DNA of 26,365 nt from Gemmatimonadota bacterium (GTDB lineage: Bacteria; Gemmatimonadota; Gemmatimonadetes; Gemmatimonadales; GWC2-71-9), in contig JAOUIC010000001.1 of the NCBI GenBank assembly GCA_029884275.1, forward strand, positions 1 to 26,365, written 5' to 3'. The position numbers were made by a program, and so were the translations under genes. Numbering within the stretch: the stretch's first letter is position 1; every line of letters starts with the position of its first letter. Shown here piece by piece: positions 17,068 to 25,578 of the stretch. Under the pieces are notes generated by a model that did not search any database, had not been told where the DNA came from, and saw only the letters and a program-made list of their open reading frames with translations.

Positions 17068-17071
17068 GCAC

Positions 17072-17111
17072 GCGGGCCGGAATCAGGCGTGAACTGCCGA
17101 TCCCGGCCCGC
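17072..17111. terminator. Long GC hairpin downstream of the histone-like gene
   Basis: GCGGGCCGGAATC pairs with GATCCCGGCCCGC (13 bp, one mismatch) plus an inner GGC/GCC stem. Confidence 0.5.
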
Positions 17112-17135
17112 CGACTCGCCCGCCGGTACGACCGG

Positions 17136-17519
17136 CTAGCGCCGCTTCTTGCCGCCCTTCTTCCTGGCCGCCTTCTTTGCGGGCCGCCTCGCCACCCGCT
17201 TCTTCGCCGGCTTCCTGGCGACCTTCTTCTTGGCCGCCTTCTTCGCCGGCTTCCTTGCGGCCTTCTTCTTGGCCGCCTTCTTCGCCGGCTTCCTGGCGGG
17301 CTTCTTCTTGGCGGGCTTCTTCCTGGCGACCTTCTTCTTGGCCGGCTTGGCCGCCTTCCTGGCGGCGGGCTTCTTCGCGGCGGCCGCGGGTGCTGGCGCC
17401 GCTGGCTCCATCCAGAGCGAAGCAGGAGGCGTTGCTGGCGGCGGTGTCATCGGCGCCGGCGCCGGGTCCATCCAGCCGGAATCGCTCCAACTCATTTCCA
17501 TATCATGCATCTCGGCCAT
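17136..17519 (-). CDS. Lys/Ala/Pro-rich histone-H1-like (AlgP/Hc2-like) protein, 127 aa
   Basis: SD GGAGG 8 nt before ATG 17519; 79-aa tail with 33 K, 11 R and no acidic residue, built of KKPARK/KKAARK/KKVARK-type units. Confidence 0.85.
   Translation of the reverse strand: MAEMHDMEMSWSDSGWMDPAPAPMTPPPATPPASLWMEPAAPAPAAAAKKPAARKAAKPAKKKVARKKPAKKKPARKPAKKAAKKKAARKPAKKAAKKKVARKPAKKRVARRPAKKAARKKGGKKRR
17222..17294. repeat. Coding tandem repeat, 39-nt period
   Basis: An identical 34-mer CCTTCTTCTTGGCCGCCTTCTTCGCCGGCTTCCT occurs at 17222-17255 and 17261-17294, with degenerate copies on both sides (13-aa xARKPAKKAAKKK). Confidence 0.9.
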
Positions 17520-17603
17520 GCTGAGTTCCTCCGGGGCATGCCGCGGCGCGGGACCCGCCGCTGGTCGCGCGGGCTCGCCGCCCGCGAGGACGAATGCTGG
17601 AAT

Positions 17604-17631
17604 AAGATGCACCGTCAGGGCCTCTTGGCAA
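17604..17631 (-). promoter_or_regulatory. Possible promoter TTGCCA-N16-CATCTT for the histone-like gene
   Basis: -35 at 17631-17626, -10-like at 17609-17604; partial consensus only. Confidence 0.35.
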
Positions 17632-17662
17632 GCCACCCCGCCGCATCCCCGGCACGGCGACT

Positions 17663-17691
17663 TTGACGTTGCTCTCCCAATGCGCTAAGCT
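17663..17691 (+). promoter_or_regulatory. Sigma70-type promoter TTGACG-N17-TAAGCT
   Basis: Near-consensus hexamers with a 17-nt spacer, 39 nt upstream of GTG 17731. Confidence 0.7.
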
Positions 17692-17730
17692 CTTGTCAGC
17701 CAAGTGGTTCGACGCCTGCCAGGGGGTATC

Positions 17731-20415
17731 GTGAAGTTGGTCCCCGCGCTGCTGTTCTCCCTTTCGCTCCTAGCCGGCTCCCTCAGCGGGCAGGTTGCGG
17801 TTGATTCGGCCGCGCTCCGCCCGGTGGATTCGGGCCGCACCGCGGTGGACCTGTCCGGGCCGGCGCGGGGCGGCGCCTACGTGAGCGCGGTCGGGCGCCG
17901 CGCTCTGGCCATGGGCGGCGAGACCGGCGGCTTCGAAGTCTGGGCCTGGCCGCTGAAGCTGCTCCACAACTTCGAGCTCAGCTTCCAGACGCCGCTCTTC
18001 CCCGAGCCCATCGTGGGCCGGAAAATCGCCCGCCACGTGGAGGTGACCCCGACCGGTCCGGTCATCACCTATACCCACGCGGCCTTCACGGTGCGGCAGC
18101 GCGTCTTCGCGGCCCGCGAGGAGCCCGCCGTCGTGATCCTCCTCGACGTCGAAGCGGTTCGTCCCATGGAGATCGTGGCCGAGTTCGTCTCCGACCTGCA
18201 GCTGGCCTGGCCCGGCGCGATCGGTGGCCAATACGTGTTCTGGGATGATGGCCTGAAGGCGTTCGTGCTCAGTGAGAGCACCCGGCAGCACACAGCGCTG
18301 GTCGGGAGCCCCTTCACCCTGAGCGCCACCAACCAGCCCTCGCACAGTGTGCCGGACGCGCCCAACCAGCTGCGCATCGCGGTGGGAGACCCGTCCCGCG
18401 TCCCCATGCCCCGTCCCGGCGAACCGGCCGGGAGACTGACGACCCTTCGCGTCTCCGGCATCCCGATCGTCATCGTCGGGGCGATCGCCCATCGCGACTC
18501 GGTGAAGGCGCTCTATCGGCGTGTGCTTGACGACATCCCGGGGCTGTACCGGTCCCGCCTGGCCGCCGCCGATTCGGTGCTCGAGCGCTCGCTCTGGATC
18601 GAGTCGCCCGACCACGACCTCGATACCGCAATCCGGTGGGCCGGACTCAACCTTGACGAGGCCCTGGCCTGCAACCCCGACCTCGGGTGCGGGCTGGTCG
18701 CGGGCTACGGTCCCAGCGAATCCCGCGGCGCCCGGCCCGGCTTCGGCTGGTACTTCGGCGGCGATGCCTCGATCAACTCGCTCGGTCTCGATGCGCTGGG
18801 CCAGTACGACCTCGCCCGCCAGGGGCTCGAGTTCTTCATCCGCCACCAGCGGTCCGACGGGAAGATCGCCCACGAGATCTCCCAGAGCGCCGGCCGGATC
18901 AGGTGGTTCGACGACTTCCCCTACGCCTACTACCACGCGGACACCACGCCCTACTGGCTGATGGCGTGGGGAGACTGGTGGAAGGCGACCGGTGACTCCA
19001 CCACCATCCGGCGAGCCTGGCCCGCCATCCGCAAGGCCTACGACTGGTGCCGATCCACGGTGGACAGCACCACCGGGCTGATGCTCAACTCCAAGGGCGG
19101 CCTCGGCGCCGTCGAGGTTGGGGACCTCGGCGTCGGTGTGCGCTCGGACATCTATCTCGCCGCGGTGTGGATCGAGGCGCTTGACCGGATGGCGCGCATG
19201 GCCGGCGTCATGGAGCCCGCCAGGCGGGGCCGCAAAGGGCCCACGCTGTCGGAAGAAGCTGGTCGGCTCCGCGAACAGGCGCTCGCCAGCCTGCGGGACC
19301 GGTTTTGGCTGCCGGAACAGGGGATGTACGCCTTCGCCCTCCTCGAGGGCGGCGAGATCCGGCCGGAGCTCACCGTCTGGCCCAGCACCGCCCTGGCCTT
19401 CGGGCTGCCGGACGAGGACCGCGGCTTTCGTGGCGCGACGGCGCAGGCGCGCGCCGCGCTGGTCACAGACTGGGGCACCCGCTCACTCGGCGCGACCAGC
19501 GGGCTCTTCGACCCGCTGCACTACAACAACGGCACCGTCTGGCCCTTCGTGACCGGCTTCACCGCTCTCGGCCAGTACCGCTACCGCAATCCCGTGGCGG
19601 GGTACCAGGCTCTCCGGCACATCGTGCGGAGCGGCTCTGGCTGGGGGCTGGGCCGGAATCCCGAGGTCTTCGCGGGGATGCAGAACGAGCCGCTCGAGAC
19701 GGCGGTGCCGCAGCAGTTCTTTGGCACATCGTTCCTGCCGACCGTGCTGGTTCGCGGTCTGCTGGGGTGGGAGCCGGATCTGCCCGCGCGCGCCATCCAC
19801 CTCTCCCCGCAGCTGCCCGCCGAATGGGACTCCCTCCAGGTGCACAACGCGGCCGCGGGATCGGCGAGGTTCGACCTCGAGTTTCACCGGACTCCGGAGC
19901 GGTTCCGGTTCCGTCTGCGGCGGACCGACGCGGGCCCCAGCCCCGCCGACACCCTGGTCTTCACCCCGCGGTTCCCGGCGGGTGCGGCCTGCGCCGCCGC
20001 CGCGGGTGACGGGGAGTGGGTCCCGGTGCGGCCGGAGGGGCGCTCCACACCCCGCGACGTCGAATACCAATTTCGGGTGAGGCTCCAGGACGAGATGAGC
20101 CTCGAGATGGTCTGCCGACCCGGGTATGAGGTCCTGCTGCCAAACCGTCCGTCGTCTCGCGGAGAACGATCGAAGGAACTTCGGTTGATCGATCACCGGC
20201 TGGAGGGTGCGCACTCTTCCAACCTCGGCGAGGCGACGCTGGTTGCCCTGCTCGAGGGACCGGCCGGCACCACCGCCGACGTCGAAATCCGTCGCGGCAA
20301 GGCCCGGAAGGTGCCCGTGGCCTTCCCGCTCCCGGGAGATCCGGTGGACGGGTACAGCCGGACCGAGCTCAGAGTCCAGATGCCGTGGGATTCCCTCGAG
20401 GGCGCCAGCCCGTGA
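17731..20415 (+). CDS. Exported glycoside hydrolase, amylo-alpha-1,6-glucosidase/GDE_C-like (alpha/alpha)6 barrel
   Basis: AGGGGG SD-like motif and GTG start give the signal peptide MKLVPALLFSLSLLAGSLSGQ. Motifs GWYFGGDA (WFGRD-like), GKIAHEI, YYHADTTPYWL, DWGTR, YNNGTVWP and PEVF. Confidence 0.85.
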   Translation: MKLVPALLFSLSLLAGSLSGQVAVDSAALRPVDSGRTAVDLSGPARGGAYVSAVGRRALAMGGETGGFEVWAWPLKLLHNFELSFQTPLFPEPIVGRKIARHVEVTPTGPVITYTHAAFTVRQRVFAAREEPAVVILLDVEAVRPMEIVAEFVSDLQLAWPGAIGGQYVFWDDGLKAFVLSESTRQHTALVGSPFTLSATNQPSHSVPDAPNQLRIAVGDPSRVPMPRPGEPAGRLTTLRVSGIPIVIVGAIAHRDSVKALYRRVLDDIPGLYRSRLAAADSVLERSLWIESPDHDLDTAIRWAGLNLDEALACNPDLGCGLVAGYGPSESRGARPGFGWYFGGDASINSLGLDALGQYDLARQGLEFFIRHQRSDGKIAHEISQSAGRIRWFDDFPYAYYHADTTPYWLMAWGDWWKATGDSTTIRRAWPAIRKAYDWCRSTVDSTTGLMLNSKGGLGAVEVGDLGVGVRSDIYLAAVWIEALDRMARMAGVMEPARRGRKGPTLSEEAGRLREQALASLRDRFWLPEQGMYAFALLEGGEIRPELTVWPSTALAFGLPDEDRGFRGATAQARAALVTDWGTRSLGATSGLFDPLHYNNGTVWPFVTGFTALGQYRYRNPVAGYQALRHIVRSGSGWGLGRNPEVFAGMQNEPLETAVPQQFFGTSFLPTVLVRGLLGWEPDLPARAIHLSPQLPAEWDSLQVHNAAAGSARFDLEFHRTPERFRFRLRRTDAGPSPADTLVFTPRFPAGAACAAAAGDGEWVPVRPEGRSTPRDVEYQFRVRLQDEMSLEMVCRPGYEVLLPNRPSSRGERSKELRLIDHRLEGAHSSNLGEATLVALLEGPAGTTADVEIRRGKARKVPVAFPLPGDPVDGYSRTELRVQMPWDSLEGASP

Positions 20416-20513
20416 GCCGGTTCCCGCACCGCTGCCCGGGGAATTCCTCTGCACGGCCCGATGGGCGATACTCCATGCGGGAGAACGGCTACCTGACGGA
20501 CTCATTCGGGCAC

Positions 20514-22727
20514 ATGCGTGCACTGCGCCAGGCAATTCGGTCCTCCGCGGTCCTCCTGGCGGCCTCGCTGGCTGGACCGGTGCCAGCGGCTGCCCAGGCG
20601 GTCGCGGAACTCTATGTCACGCCCGACACCATGCTGCTCTCCGCCGGCGAACGTCGCGGGTTGACCGTCCAGGCGTTCGATGCGGCCGGGAACATCATCC
20701 TCGCGGTTCGCTACAAGGTCGCCGACACCGCTGTGGCCAGCGTGACCGAGAATGGCACTGTCACCGGCCTCCGGGGCGGTCGCACCAGTGTCACGGTCCA
20801 GTCCGGCAAGAAGAGCGCGGCCGTCGTCGTCATCGTGGCGGGTGCGGCCCAGCGGGATACCGCGCCCGATCCGGCGGCGGCGTCGGTCGTGCGGCTCGCC
20901 GCCGCCCCCGCTGCGATCTCGCTCCTCCCGACCGAGCGTGCCCGGGTGGTCGTCTCGGCTTACGGTGCCGATGAGGCGGCGGTGCCGCTGCCCCGGCTCC
21001 GGTGGCGCTCCCTCCGGCCGGACGTGGTTTCGGTCGTGGACACTTCCGGTGTGATCAGCGGGGTGGCTTCCGGGCAGGCGACCGTCGAAGCCAGCGTGCC
21101 GGGAGGTGTTGCCGTGACCATCCCGGTCACGGTCGCGCTCGCACCTTTCGCGCTCGATCGCTCCGCGGTCGCGCTCGCACCGGGCGGCACCGACACTGTG
21201 GTCGCTTCAGTGCCGGCTCAGGGTGGCCGGCGGCTGCGTGGTGACGATCTGATCTGGCAGGTGCTGGATCCCTCGGTGGCGGAGGTCTCGCCATCGGGGA
21301 GCGTGCGCGCCCGCGGGATGGGCCGCACCGAACTGGTGGTGGCCGGCTTCCTGCAGGAGCGGAGGATTCCCCTCGTGGTGCATCCACCGGTGTCCTATTT
21401 CCTCGCCCTGCCGAGGGTGTCGGAGCCGATCCGCATCCCCGTCTCCGCCTCGCGCGCAGTTGAGGTCGCTCCATACGCCGCCGACAGCACCCCGATCCCG
21501 AATGTCCCGATCACCTGGACCGTGGGCGACACTACCGTCGCCGTGTTCGACACCGCCACCCGGCGCCTCACCGGACGCGGCGTGGGGCAGACCACGCTGA
21601 GCTTCGCCGCGCGCGGCTTTCTTCCCCGCGGCTGGGAGGTGGAGGTTGTCGCCGGGACCCTCGGGTTCGCCCGAAACCGGGCGGTGCTGCGCCCGGGCGA
21701 AGAGGTCACCTTCAAGGCGGGCCTGGTGGACGCGGCGGGACGGATCATCGGCCCGGCGACCGACCTTCGCTGGAGCTGTTCCGATACTGCGAGGGGGAGC
21801 GTGTCGGCGCAGGGCACGTTCGTGGCCCGTACACCGGGCCGCGTGACGGTCCGCGCCGAACTCGAGGGGGGCGCCGCCGCGGAGGCGGTGGCGTTCATCA
21901 CCGGGGAAGCCCTGCTCGCCTCCAACCGGAGCGGTCAGGTGGGTATTCATGCCGTCGCTTTCGCCGCTCGGGACACGGTCTACCCGGTCGTCGTGGAGGC
22001 GGGCCGCAACGTGGACGGGACGTACGCGCCAGACCGGACCCGGATCGCGTTCAGCTCGGATCGGGGCGGCAACCTGGACATCCATGTCGCGGATGCGGAC
22101 GGTCGAAACCCGGTCCGGCTCACCTCCGATCCCGCCAACGAGGTCCAGCCGGTGTGGTCCCCCGACGGCCAGCAGCTCGTCTTCGTCGCCAGCCGCGGCG
22201 GCCCCGGCCAGCTCCTGGTCGTGCCGGCCTCCGGTGGCGCGCCGCGCACGCTGACTTCGCTCCCGGGGGGCGCCGCCGACCCGGTCATCTCGCCTGACGG
22301 CGCCACGGTCGCGTTCACCACCTACCCCAATGGGCCGGACAAGCCGGGCGACATCGCCACCGTGCCTTTGGCGGGCGGCGTCCCGACCATGGTCACGGCG
22401 ACCCGGGATCGCCGCGAGTTCAACCCCATCTACCTCGCCCGGGGCGAGCTGGCCTGGATCGAGCAGTCACGTGACCCGAACGAGCCCGATCTGATCACCA
22501 GTCGGACCGCCGGGGGGACGCCGGTAGTCCTGGCTCGCTCCAGCAACCAGATCGTGGCGGCCAGGGCGTCGTACGACGGCACCATGCTGGCCTGGGTGAT
22601 CGGTCAGGCCAGCGAGCGGGACAAGAAGGCGGTGGACTACCTGCTCCGGATTCGCTCGCTCGCGGGCGGGCAGGAACGGTTCATCCGGTTCCCACCAGGC
22701 GAACGAATCGCCAGCGTCGGGTTTTGA
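20514..22727 (+). CDS. Secreted protein with five Ig-like (Big_2-type) repeats and a TolB/PD40-type beta-propeller
   Basis: Signal peptide MRALRQAIRSSAVLLAASLAGPVPAAAQ; five repeats of the form W..D..VA.V...G.V.....G.T.V; PD40-like YAPDRTRIAFSSDR, WSPDGQQLVF and ISPDGATVAF. An alternative ATG is at 20475. Confidence 0.85.
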   Translation: MRALRQAIRSSAVLLAASLAGPVPAAAQAVAELYVTPDTMLLSAGERRGLTVQAFDAAGNIILAVRYKVADTAVASVTENGTVTGLRGGRTSVTVQSGKKSAAVVVIVAGAAQRDTAPDPAAASVVRLAAAPAAISLLPTERARVVVSAYGADEAAVPLPRLRWRSLRPDVVSVVDTSGVISGVASGQATVEASVPGGVAVTIPVTVALAPFALDRSAVALAPGGTDTVVASVPAQGGRRLRGDDLIWQVLDPSVAEVSPSGSVRARGMGRTELVVAGFLQERRIPLVVHPPVSYFLALPRVSEPIRIPVSASRAVEVAPYAADSTPIPNVPITWTVGDTTVAVFDTATRRLTGRGVGQTTLSFAARGFLPRGWEVEVVAGTLGFARNRAVLRPGEEVTFKAGLVDAAGRIIGPATDLRWSCSDTARGSVSAQGTFVARTPGRVTVRAELEGGAAAEAVAFITGEALLASNRSGQVGIHAVAFAARDTVYPVVVEAGRNVDGTYAPDRTRIAFSSDRGGNLDIHVADADGRNPVRLTSDPANEVQPVWSPDGQQLVFVASRGGPGQLLVVPASGGAPRTLTSLPGGAADPVISPDGATVAFTTYPNGPDKPGDIATVPLAGGVPTMVTATRDRREFNPIYLARGELAWIEQSRDPNEPDLITSRTAGGTPVVLARSSNQIVAARASYDGTMLAWVIGQASERDKKAVDYLLRIRSLAGGQERFIRFPPGERIASVGF

Positions 22728-23761
22728 GGGCCCTCCTGCTCAGCGGAACTGGCGGTCTCGACCGGCTGGCGCCGGGGGACATCCCGCGCCCGGTGCTCTC
22801 CGAGCCCGGGGACGTGCGAGTTCGCCTGCGTGCCACGGCGCTCAACCGCCTGGATCTCTGGGTGGCGGGCGGGGTTCCCGGCGTCACCTATTCCTTCCCG
22901 CACGTCATCGGCTCCGACGGCGCCGGCACCGTCGAGGAAACCGGGCCGGGTGTTGCCGCCTTCGCGGTCGGTGACCGGGTGCTGATCAACCCGGGAGTGT
23001 CCTGCGGCCGCTGTGAATGGTGCCTCGGTGGCGAGCAGCCGCTCTGCCCCTCGTTCGGAGTGCTCGGTGAGCACCGTCCTGGCACGATGGCGGAGGAGAT
23101 CGTGGTGCCGGACCGCAACCTCGCTCACCTCCCCGCCGGGCTCAGTTGGATCCAGGCCGCGGCGCTGCCGCTGGCCACCATCACGGCCTGGCGGATGCTG
23201 ACCACCCGCGCCGGTGTCGGACCCGGCGAGACGGTGCTGATCTGGGGCATCGGCGGCGGGGTGGCGCTCGCGGCGCTGAAGATCGCGAGGCTCCTGGGTG
23301 CCCGGGTCATCGTGACCAGCGGCTCGGACGAAAAGCTGGCGCGAGCGCGGGCACTCGGCGCGGAGCTCGGCATCAACCACGCGACCGAGGACGTGCCCGG
23401 CAGGGTGAAGCAGTTCACCGGGCGGCGCGGCGCCGAGGTGGTGATCGACAGCGTCGGGGAGCGCACCTGGGAGCGGTCGCTGCGCAGTCTCGCGCGTCGG
23501 GGCCGCCTGGTCGTCTGCGGCGCGTCGAGCGGTCCCATGGTGACCACCGATCTCCGGCGGATGTTCTGGTTCCAGTGGTCACTGCTCGGTTCGACCATGG
23601 GGAGCGACGCGGAATTCCGCGCGGTGGTCGCGGAGGCCGCCGGCGGGCGCCTGCTCCCGGAGATCGACAGCGTCCATTCCTTCGCGGACGCGATCGCCGC
23701 GTTCCGCCGCCTTGAGTCAGGGGCACAATTCGGGAAGATCGTCGTGGAGATGCCGGTATGA
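22724..23761 (+). CDS. MDR-family zinc-binding oxidoreductase (structural Zn only)
   Basis: TTG start in a TTGA overlap; NRLDLW and GSDGAG at the catalytic-Zn positions; CGRCEWC...PLC structural Zn; WGIGGGV Rossmann motif; FGKIVV end. Confidence 0.92.
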   Translation: MRALLLSGTGGLDRLAPGDIPRPVLSEPGDVRVRLRATALNRLDLWVAGGVPGVTYSFPHVIGSDGAGTVEETGPGVAAFAVGDRVLINPGVSCGRCEWCLGGEQPLCPSFGVLGEHRPGTMAEEIVVPDRNLAHLPAGLSWIQAAALPLATITAWRMLTTRAGVGPGETVLIWGIGGGVALAALKIARLLGARVIVTSGSDEKLARARALGAELGINHATEDVPGRVKQFTGRRGAEVVIDSVGERTWERSLRSLARRGRLVVCGASSGPMVTTDLRRMFWFQWSLLGSTMGSDAEFRAVVAEAAGGRLLPEIDSVHSFADAIAAFRRLESGAQFGKIVVEMPV

Positions 23762-24462
23762 GCGAACTGCTGGATCGACTTGCGGTGGGATGGTCCGAGC
23801 TGACCGAGCTCCTGCCGGGACTGCTCGCCGCGGTCGTCATCATGCTGGCCGGCTATGTCCTGGCGAGACAGCTCCGTCGCTGGAGCGACCGCACCCTCGT
23901 CCACTTCGAATTCCGGCGGCTGGCAGATGCTGGCGGCCTGACCGAGGCCGCCGAGCGGGTGCGCATCGACCCGGTCAGGGCGATCGGCTCGCTGGTATTC
24001 TGGCTCACCATGCTGGTCGCGGTCCTGCTGGCCAGCTCGGCCCTCGGGCTCGAGAACGTGCGCGAAATGTTCGGCCGGATGCTGTCCTTCATCCCGACCC
24101 TCATCTCCGGCACCGTGATCATCATCCTCGGCATGATCATCGGCGAGTTCCTGCGGGCCCTGATCGTGGCATCCGCGGGCGGGGTGGAAGGGGTGGTGAC
24201 CGTCGCCAAGCTCTCCAAGGGGGCGATGGTCGGCATCGCCTTCTTCATGGCGCTGCAGGAAGTGGGTGTGAGCGAGGAGATTGTGACCGCGGCATTCACG
24301 CTGGTGCTGGGCGCCGTGGCGCTGGCGGCCGGGCTGGCCTTCGGGCTGGGAAACCGCGATCTCGCCGCCGCGCTGACCCGCCGCTGGTATGAGGAGGGGC
24401 GGCGTCGCCGCCGCGAGCGGCGACAGCAAGACGCCGGGGAAGAGCCGCCCGCGGAAACCTGA
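23758..24462 (+). CDS. MscS-TM/CmpX-like inner-membrane protein
   Basis: ATGA overlap; LPGLLAAVVIMLAGYVLA, IPTLISGTVIIILG and ALAAGLAFGLG pattern of the conserved TM-helix repeats; no cytoplasmic MscS cage domain. Confidence 0.78.
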   Translation: MSELLDRLAVGWSELTELLPGLLAAVVIMLAGYVLARQLRRWSDRTLVHFEFRRLADAGGLTEAAERVRIDPVRAIGSLVFWLTMLVAVLLASSALGLENVREMFGRMLSFIPTLISGTVIIILGMIIGEFLRALIVASAGGVEGVVTVAKLSKGAMVGIAFFMALQEVGVSEEIVTAAFTLVLGAVALAAGLAFGLGNRDLAAALTRRWYEEGRRRRRERRQQDAGEEPPAET

Positions 24463-24468
24463 GGGGCC

Positions 24469-25578
24469 CTACTTGAGGCGATACCGGCCGATCCCCTGCC
24501 GCCCGTCGGGCTGACGGAGCAGGAGGTAAACGCGGCCATCGGCGCCGAACCCGCCCAGCGACGCACCCTTCGGCATCTCCACCGTGCGAATCGATTTCCC
24601 GTCGCGACCCACCACATCCCACACCGGAACCGAGTCCTCGAAGGCCCGGGCGCGCTGCAGCCAGACTTCGCCGGCGGGGTTCGTGGCTCCGGCCACGAAC
24701 GGCGGCTTCTGGTCGGCGAACGGGTAGGAGAGCGCGATCCCGGCCGGTGCCCCGGTCCGGGTCATCTGGGCTCTGAGCCGGTCGAGGAACATCTCCTTCT
24801 CCTCTGGCGGCACCGCAATCGGGGTGAAGGGGCGGCCGCCGCCTCGGCTCCACTTGCCGTCGGGCGCGCGCCAGTCGACCGAATTGTCCGAGGCCCGGGC
24901 GACCCAGAGCGACCCGTCGGGCAACACGCCGAAGAGATCGCGACCGGAGAAGATCGTGGACACCATCTTCATCTGCTCGCCGAACCTCCCCTGTCCCCAC
25001 ACGGGGAGCTTCAGTTGCGCGACGGTGTCGGCGAGGCTGTCTCCCCGGGCGATCCGAAGGACCTCCAGGCTGTCGAGCCCGATTTCCTCCCCCGGCTCGA
25101 GCCCTCCGAGTACCGAGCGGACGTCCTCCTTGTAGGCGTTTCCCCGATGGTCGTACGCCAGAGGCTGATTGTGCCCCCCGACGCCGCGCCGGTCGAGCGT
25201 GAGCAGGAACTGCCCCTGGTCGTCCCACAGTGTGGTGCGCTCCGCCGCGAAATCCACCAGCCCGACGGTGTCCCCGCCCAGGCGGAAGACGTAGCCCGGA
25301 TACTTGTGCTTGCCTGGCGCCGGGTCCGAGGGGCCGATGGTATCGGCGTGCTCACCCACGGGGGTGATGTCACCGGTGGCGAGGTCGGCGTACAGGAAGG
25401 ACCGGTCGGCCAACTCGGCGAACGCGACCCGGCCATCGCGGAGCTCGACCACGTTGCTGACCTGCTGGAGGGTCCGTGTGAGCTGCGCCTCGGGCTCATC
25501 CAGCACCACGACCGGCGCGGGCGGCGTGTCGCAGGCCGTGAGCAGCGGGAGAATCAGAAGGGCGGTAACGCGTCTCAC
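24469..25578 (-). CDS. Hypothetical lipoprotein, probable beta-propeller (369 aa)
   Basis: SD AAGGAG, GTG at 25578 in a GTGA overlap, lipobox LTAC; repeated D/G-turn four-strand motifs (ELRDGRVAF, VLPDGSLWV, NPAGEVWL, GADGRVYL). Confidence 0.8.
   Translation of the reverse strand: MRRVTALLILPLLTACDTPPAPVVVLDEPEAQLTRTLQQVSNVVELRDGRVAFAELADRSFLYADLATGDITPVGEHADTIGPSDPAPGKHKYPGYVFRLGGDTVGLVDFAAERTTLWDDQGQFLLTLDRRGVGGHNQPLAYDHRGNAYKEDVRSVLGGLEPGEEIGLDSLEVLRIARGDSLADTVAQLKLPVWGQGRFGEQMKMVSTIFSGRDLFGVLPDGSLWVARASDNSVDWRAPDGKWSRGGGRPFTPIAVPPEEKEMFLDRLRAQMTRTGAPAGIALSYPFADQKPPFVAGATNPAGEVWLQRARAFEDSVPVWDVVGRDGKSIRTVEMPKGASLGGFGADGRVYLLLRQPDGRQGIGRYRLK

Noticed and set aside
17149-17380. Repeats as a CRISPR array or non-coding VNTR
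   Set aside because: There are no unique spacers, the period is a multiple of 3, no cas gene is nearby, and the repeat is fully explained by the coding sequence.
17149-17688. Phe/Ala/Leu-rich plus-strand ORF that looks like a membrane protein, and the Glu/Gly-rich frame 17083-17490
   Set aside because: These are antisense and frameshifted readings of the Lys-rich repeat; only the Lys-rich frame has an SD and a sensible start.
20416-20513. Small palindromes (GCCCGATGGGC, GGAATTCC) as an operator or terminator
   Set aside because: They are short, expected by chance at this GC content and lack a U-tract or second copy.
22724-23761. Missing catalytic-zinc ligands in the MDR enzyme as a novelty
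   Set aside because: MDR subfamilies with only the structural zinc site are already well described.
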